Shown piece after piece: positions 58,834-64,000 of a stretch of 64,000 bases of DNA. This stretch comes from Parcubacteria group bacterium (GTDB lineage Bacteria; Patescibacteriota; Minisyncoccia; 2-02-FULL-40-12). The notes under the pieces were generated by a model. That model did not search any database. It saw only the letters and a program-made list of their open reading frames with translations, and was not told where the DNA came from. The position numbers and the translations under genes are program-made. Each line of letters begins with the position of its first letter. Within the stretch, counting starts at the first letter, position 1. The stretch spans positions 7,948-71,947 of the forward strand of contig JACPLU010000006.1 of NCBI GenBank assembly GCA_016186395.1, given 5' to 3'.

Positions 58834-59391
58834 CTATGGTTTGTTTCTCAGGTCTACTACATTATTTGACGGTTTTGGTTGTGCAATAACCGGCGGCCGA
58901 GGCGGCAATGGTCTTGGTACTTCTGGATTTCTAAATTCATTTTGTAATGATTTTGCCTGGGACTGGTTTGACACTCCAGGAGTTGCCTGAACGGAAAACT
59001 TCTGAATGTGCATTTGTTTCAATTGCGGCAGAATGGGTTGAAAAATTTGATTAATCACAATTGCCGCGATTTGTTTTGCTGTTTCCTGATCAAGTTGCAG
59101 CCTTTCCCCTATTTGTTTAATAACATCTCCCAAATAAACCCAGCCCAAAATAATTTCCATTAACAATTTAGCCAATTCCGAACTTTTCTTTTCATCTAAT
59201 TTAAACGGTATAGCAATTGAATCTTTAAGTTGATGCGGCATTTCTGATTCAAAAATAAAGGTCCGAATATATTGACTCAACCCCATCAAAGCATCCATAA
59301 ATTTGGCAGACTTAAAACTATTGCCTTTAATTTCTGAGGTGTAAACGTTGTATGGGTCAAAATTTATTAATTCTGAAATAGAAACTGGCAT
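58834..59391 (-). CDS. hypothetical protein with a Pro-rich C-terminus
   Basis: 185 aa; EVPRPLPPRPPVIAQPKPS. Confidence 0.4.
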   Translation of the reverse strand: MPVSISELINFDPYNVYTSEIKGNSFKSAKFMDALMGLSQYIRTFIFESEMPHQLKDSIAIPFKLDEKKSSELAKLLMEIILGWVYLGDVIKQIGERLQLDQETAKQIAAIVINQIFQPILPQLKQMHIQKFSVQATPGVSNQSQAKSLQNEFRNPEVPRPLPPRPPVIAQPKPSNNVVDLRNKP

Positions 59392-59409
59392 AATAATAGA
59401 TTTAAAGAA

Positions 59410-61524
59410 TTACTCGCCTTGCGCTTGTCGCAATATGTCTAATTCGTCTTCATTCTCTTCTTGAGTATTTGGCGTTGATGGAAAAACATCATCTCGAATT
59501 TTTTCAAAGTACTCTCTTCTACCAGCATTTTCTTCGGCTACTTTTTGTTCTAGAGTTCTAAACAGATTTGTGGCTGATTTCTCATTTTTATTCTTAGCTT
59601 GCACAAAACGATTGACAATATCTTCTCTAACATTTTTTAGTTCCTCCTCACTAAGATTAGCAAGAGCAGAAGGAGAAAGACCATTTACAATTTTAAATCT
59701 TTCGGTTTCTTCGGTCAGTCGTTCTTTCAACGGGATGTTTGAATCCTTTGAATTTGAAGCAGAAGCTCTGGCTTTTGCAACTACTGATGGCGCAATCTTA
59801 CTCATTGCGGATGCAAAAGCTCCTTCATCTTTAACTTTTTCGGAAGTGTTCGGTTTTTCACCCATAACTTGTAGGGCGGTAACATAGGTGTCTAAATCCT
59901 GCATCATTGTAGCAGCAGTTCGCTTGGCTTGTTTACTATCAGACTGAAGCCAAGAGTAAAAAGTTTTTCTTGCATTTAAATCTGTTTGTAAAATACCGCC
60001 CTTGCCAAAAGTTCTTTCTAAAAGTTCCTTTGATACCTTAGCAAAGTCCTTATCCTTCATCTTAGATACTAAATCATTAATAACCTGGGTTTGACTGCCA
60101 TAATCATTTAGAGTGCGCTGGAATGTCGCGTCATCCATAATTCCCTCTTCTGCGGCTTTCATCATTAACGCCAGATGCCTTTCTTTATTTATACCCTTCC
60201 TATTAAGCTCTGACTTAATATATGCCTGCATTTCTTCTTTGGTCGTGAAACCTTTTTGGGCTATTTCATCATTTAATACTTCTTTAGTGTGCTTACCTGC
60301 CTGGCTTACTAATACTCTTTGATCCTGAAGACTTGGAATGCCGGCAAGCCCTCCAATAAGTCCGCCAACTTTTGCTTCGGCCCTTTCTTTGCCTTGCGGA
60401 CCAAACAGTCTTCTTTGAGTACCGGGAATGCGAACACCCTGTTCTTTAATGCCTTTCCATGCCATTTTCGCACCGCCCGGAATACCAGTTAATCCCCAAA
60501 TCCCACCTGCGGCACCGATTGTAACTTTCGCCGCCATTCCGCCTATTGAGTTGGCCGCCATATAGCCTGCAACTAGAGTTACGACTGCAAGAACGAATTT
60601 CCCTATGGAAGCAGAAATTGCCGTACCCAAACCCGTCTCACCACTTGCTAATTGGGCTATTATGGTTTCATCCGACCTAACCAGAAAAGTAATGCCGATG
60701 TACATAAAGAAAAGATAAATGGGCAAAAAATAGTTCCAATATAAGAATTTGTCCCACCACCATTTTTTATAGCGCTCCAAATACGGAAACGCATAGGCCA
60801 AGAATGCAAAGGGAGCGAATACAAGCAAAGTCCATAGAAATGGCAAACGGATAAAAATAACAAGCGCAGACAATATTAAAGCCAAAGCCCAAATGGCTAG
60901 AAATATCGTGCCGATCGTAAGATTAATAAAACCAATGCTTGCCGCATCAACCACGGCATTGGCTATTCTTACAAAGAAATTCTGATCGGCATTTGAATTA
61001 ATATCTGCAGAAGCAATTCTAAAAGCTTGAGATACGGCTGAAAGCTTATACCCTGGATTGCCAATGGCTTTTGCAAAAACGTCTGCCAGGAAATTAAAAC
61101 CGTCAATTATTACTTGGCCGATTACAAGACTAAAATTAATTAACAAAGCGGCAATAATAATTTTTGGCAGTAGTGTTTTAGCATTATAGCGCTTAACATC
61201 AAAGATTGTGCTAAAAGCAACGACCAATAAAAGCAGAATAAAAAACATATTCATAAAATCCCGAACAATGGACCACATATCAAAAAGTACCTTGGAATTT
61301 GTAAAATTATTTAAAAAATCACTGGTTAGCAAATAACCAATGAAATCTCCAAACGCCTGAATCAAACCGGCTAACATTGCATTTACGGCAACCAACAAAG
61401 CGGTTTCAAGGACAAGTGCGTTAGCGAATTTAGGCAACATTAAAAGAACGATAGAAAAACACACAACCCCCATTTTGAAAGTTGTTTTTTTATGAGATTG
61501 TTTTAAATTATTCTGGGTAGGCAT
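59410..61524 (-). CDS. VirB6/TrbL-like polytopic membrane protein with a long hydrophilic C-terminal extension
   Basis: At least 8 transmembrane segments in the first ~350 aa, followed by about 350 aa of charged coiled-coil-like sequence. Called by position and topology only. Confidence 0.4.
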   Translation of the reverse strand: MPTQNNLKQSHKKTTFKMGVVCFSIVLLMLPKFANALVLETALLVAVNAMLAGLIQAFGDFIGYLLTSDFLNNFTNSKVLFDMWSIVRDFMNMFFILLLLVVAFSTIFDVKRYNAKTLLPKIIIAALLINFSLVIGQVIIDGFNFLADVFAKAIGNPGYKLSAVSQAFRIASADINSNADQNFFVRIANAVVDAASIGFINLTIGTIFLAIWALALILSALVIFIRLPFLWTLLVFAPFAFLAYAFPYLERYKKWWWDKFLYWNYFLPIYLFFMYIGITFLVRSDETIIAQLASGETGLGTAISASIGKFVLAVVTLVAGYMAANSIGGMAAKVTIGAAGGIWGLTGIPGGAKMAWKGIKEQGVRIPGTQRRLFGPQGKERAEAKVGGLIGGLAGIPSLQDQRVLVSQAGKHTKEVLNDEIAQKGFTTKEEMQAYIKSELNRKGINKERHLALMMKAAEEGIMDDATFQRTLNDYGSQTQVINDLVSKMKDKDFAKVSKELLERTFGKGGILQTDLNARKTFYSWLQSDSKQAKRTAATMMQDLDTYVTALQVMGEKPNTSEKVKDEGAFASAMSKIAPSVVAKARASASNSKDSNIPLKERLTEETERFKIVNGLSPSALANLSEEELKNVREDIVNRFVQAKNKNEKSATNLFRTLEQKVAEENAGRREYFEKIRDDVFPSTPNTQEENEDELDILRQAQGE

Positions 61525-61531
61525 AAATGTA

Positions 61532-62641
61532 TTAGTTACAAGTTATCTTAGAAGAAGTACTGCTACTTTGATCAATTGTACAAGTGGGATTGGGTAGTGC
61601 TGTAGGAACCGGTGTCGGAATGTTTAAATTTATGTTACAGTTTTCTATATTACCGCTTTTAATCTGTGCCTCCGAACACTCGGGCAAAGGAGTGGTTGGT
61701 AAAGGTGCCGGATTACCAAGGCTAGCATTAGGACCCAACAATTTATCTACAACTAAAGAAACTATCAAACCGCCCAGTTCTCCAATCTCATCCGCGCTTA
61801 TTAAATTTTCCAGGTTCGCTCTTATTGCCTCCGAGGTTGAATCACTTAGAACACTGCCGGGAATACCAATTGTGTTTTTAATAATACAGGAGGCATAACT
61901 AAAGTTTTGTTCTCCTCCCTGAATATTATATATACAGCCACTACCCGGTCTTTTACTTAAAAAGCCCCCACCGGCCTCGGCTTCAGATTTATTTGCTTCT
62001 TTATTGACTTGCTTTTGTTTTTCTAACTCATTGGCGCTTAAAAATACTATGCCGCCCAAGGTATTGCCCGGAGCAAAAAGTTCAGTTAACCTGTTCCAGT
62101 TTTTCCCACTAAATAAGTCCTTTTCGATTTCGTCCGCAGACTTATTTGCAAAGTCAGAGCATCTAACTTGAGTTAAAAAACTTGAAATATCGGTTTTGTC
62201 TTGATTTATGCGACCAAACTGACTTGTATTAACAAGATTTAAATTAAGATTTGTAAAAATGTGTCCCACTATTTCTCTGTATTTATCGCAAATCACAGCA
62301 CCACCACCCCTAAAATTTCCTCCCCCTTCTAATGCTCTTTTTAACTCTATGGCAAAAATGTTCTCACCTCTTAATTCTGAATTAAGTAAAAACTTACGCC
62401 AATCAAATACTATTGCCGCTTCTTTACCCCCTATACCGCCGGTTTTAACGCTATCTATCATCTTAGATACTGTTTTATTTAAAAAAGTTGTACCAAGGGT
62501 TTTTACAATCTGATCAAGAACTAATTCTTTAAGTATCAACGGATTTAAAAAAGCCATAATTGCTCCACCGTTTACAACTGAAGGCAAGAAAAAAGTCAAA
62601 ATGATTATTACCGCTAAGATTTTTTGAGAGTATTTTTTCAT
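61532..62641 (-). CDS. secreted Cys-containing hypothetical protein
   Basis: Signal peptide MKKYSQKILAVIIILTFFLPSVVNG. Confidence 0.4.
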   Translation of the reverse strand: MKKYSQKILAVIIILTFFLPSVVNGGAIMAFLNPLILKELVLDQIVKTLGTTFLNKTVSKMIDSVKTGGIGGKEAAIVFDWRKFLLNSELRGENIFAIELKRALEGGGNFRGGGAVICDKYREIVGHIFTNLNLNLVNTSQFGRINQDKTDISSFLTQVRCSDFANKSADEIEKDLFSGKNWNRLTELFAPGNTLGGIVFLSANELEKQKQVNKEANKSEAEAGGGFLSKRPGSGCIYNIQGGEQNFSYASCIIKNTIGIPGSVLSDSTSEAIRANLENLISADEIGELGGLIVSLVVDKLLGPNASLGNPAPLPTTPLPECSEAQIKSGNIENCNINLNIPTPVPTALPNPTCTIDQSSSTSSKITCN

Positions 62642-62642
62642 T

Positions 62643-63599
62643 CTATTTGGTCAAAGATAAAAGGAATAAAAGATTATTGGTTGGCAATTCTAATTGAGAG
62701 TTGCTGATTTTTATTAAAATATCGGTGATTACAGTTTTTAATTCTTCATTAAGTTGTGGGTACATGCTTACTGAAAATATTGCTTTAAGAGGATCCTCGT
62801 TCTGCTGACGAATACCCTCAAAAAGTGTTTTATATTTTCTAGTTATGACAATGATGGCTTTATGATTTGAGGCCCAAGAACTAGGCACAATAATTGAAAG
62901 CTCCTCTTGATATAAGCCTTCTAATACTTTAACAAAGTTCACCCCAAGTTCCACCGGATTTATTGCAGCTTGTATTTGAGCAAATTGAGGATTAACGCTT
63001 AAAATTTTCTCGGCAAGGGTTGAAAGTTTAATTATGTAATCTTTAACTACTTGAGGAGAGTTATCATCTGAAGTTGGAAAATTTATTTCTTCTTCGATGG
63101 TAAAAAGTTTCTGATTTATACCCGCAATTCCGTTAGCAAGATTTTCTATGTTCGTTCTAACTGAATCAGAATCACCATTCTGACGACTTATGTCACCGGA
63201 TAAAATTGCTCCGGCCGTTAAATTAGAGGCTAACTCCGTAAGATTTTGCGTGTCTTTGACTGCCTGATTTTTTGATTCAACAAATTTACCAAAAGATAAT
63301 GGGCAGTCGTCTGTTGAATTTAACGGATTGCAGTTGGCCGTGACCTCGTCTCCATCTAGAAAACCATCTCCATCAGTATCAGAATTATACGGATCAGTAT
63401 TAAAATAGGACTCTTCCCTGTCGTATAAACCGTCGTTGTCGCTATCAATTTTGGTTGGGTCTTGAGTTGTCTCTGGGTCAGTTATTTTAAAAGCTACGCC
63501 AGTTGAATTTCTAGAAACAGATTGAACTATCAAATAAACTAAAACTACCGCCAGTACAGCCAGCGCTCCTAAAACAATCTTTATTTTGTTGGGGATCAT
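62643..63599 (-). CDS. membrane-anchored or secreted protein with thrombospondin type 3-like Ca-binding Asp-rich repeats
   Basis: DSDNDGLYDREESYFNTDPYNSDTDGDGFLDGDEV. Confidence 0.45.
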   Translation of the reverse strand: MIPNKIKIVLGALAVLAVVLVYLIVQSVSRNSTGVAFKITDPETTQDPTKIDSDNDGLYDREESYFNTDPYNSDTDGDGFLDGDEVTANCNPLNSTDDCPLSFGKFVESKNQAVKDTQNLTELASNLTAGAILSGDISRQNGDSDSVRTNIENLANGIAGINQKLFTIEEEINFPTSDDNSPQVVKDYIIKLSTLAEKILSVNPQFAQIQAAINPVELGVNFVKVLEGLYQEELSIIVPSSWASNHKAIIVITRKYKTLFEGIRQQNEDPLKAIFSVSMYPQLNEELKTVITDILIKISNSQLELPTNNLLFLLSLTK

Positions 63600-64000
63600 C
63601 TTTTACTTTTCAGACTTCTGCGAAATCTTAAAGCGAAAAACCCAAATATTAAAGCTAAAATTAGGGGCCAATCGCCTAATTTATTATACAATGTTTTAGC
63701 TGAATTAGGCACAACCGTCCCTGTGAATAACTGCGGTTCTTGATTCTTGGTACTTTTTATAACCTTTCCTTGAAAATCTATTATATAAGATATGCCAAAA
63801 TTAGCTGACAAAATAATAGGTTTTCTATTTTCAATTGCTCGAATTTGCGCTATCGCAATATTTTGATCTATAAGATCGTTAGCTCCCTTAAAAATGCCAG
63901 TGCTGGCAAGAACAATTATAAAATCCGGCTCTTTTGAAGATAATTCTCTTAAAAGTCCTGGGCTGAAAAGACCAGAACAAACTACGGCACTGGTTTTTAC
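63596..64000 (-). CDS. lnt: apolipoprotein N-acyltransferase, C-terminal part; the 5' end lies outside the window
   Basis: The frame is open to the window edge: ...IRAIENRKPIILSANFGISYIIDFQGKVI...TLYNKLGDWPLILALIFGFFALRFRRS. This matches the Lnt CN-hydrolase domain and the C-terminal transmembrane helix. Confidence 0.65.
   Translation of the reverse strand, partial: VKTSAVVCSGLFSPGLLRELSSKEPDFIIVLASTGIFKGANDLIDQNIAIAQIRAIENRKPIILSANFGISYIIDFQGKVIKSTKNQEPQLFTGTVVPNSAKTLYNKLGDWPLILALIFGFFALRFRRSLKSKR

Overview
This window looks like a small, AT-rich, gene-dense bacterial genome, probably from a Candidate Phyla Radiation (CPR)/Patescibacteria lineage. Evidence for that placement: a minimal ThrRS, the GatCAB route with no sign of direct Asn/Gln charging, many opposite-strand overlaps and tight gene junctions, a type IV pilus/competence cluster next to ligA, and a VirB4-type secretion cluster. 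Most genes are on the minus strand.

Housekeeping content: dnaE (5'-truncated, carrying the C-terminal end of an intein), thrS, gatB, a thyX-like/tmk/dcd nucleotide cluster, rplK, nusG, secE, gyrB, pheS, pyrH, guaB, metK, typA, gatA, gatC, ligA, a pilMNO-pilB-pilT-pilC-pilA-pilD-pseudopilin block with comFC, and a partial lnt at the right edge. Four tRNAs are present: Asp-GTC, Met-CAT, initiator Met-CAT and Ser-GCT.

The most notable system is a complete diversity-generating retroelement (DGR) at 14716-17097. It has a reverse transcriptase with the DGR-type LGNLTSQ motif, an Avd-like accessory gene on the opposite strand, a 127-bp template repeat (TR) and a variable repeat (VR) at the 3' end of a 182-aa target gene. 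The two repeats differ at 23 positions, all at TR adenines, and a 12-bp hairpin follows the VR.

Other unusual features:
- A genome-specific family of short palindromic repeat units (TAGTCTTTAGACTA and variants), found between genes and also in-frame inside gatB.
- A standalone Avd/IVP-family four-helix-bundle gene inserted between rplK and nusG.
- An accessory island around tandem-duplicated initiator-tRNA 3' halves, carrying a GIY-YIG gene, a deoxyhypusine-synthase-like gene, hicAB and an HTH gene.
- Several candidate structured RNAs, including a multi-hairpin RNA and a long leader upstream of metK.
- Three unrelated inverted-repeat-bounded intergenic elements.
- A type IV secretion-like cluster in which VirB4 is split into two ORFs by hairpin-forming repeat spacers.
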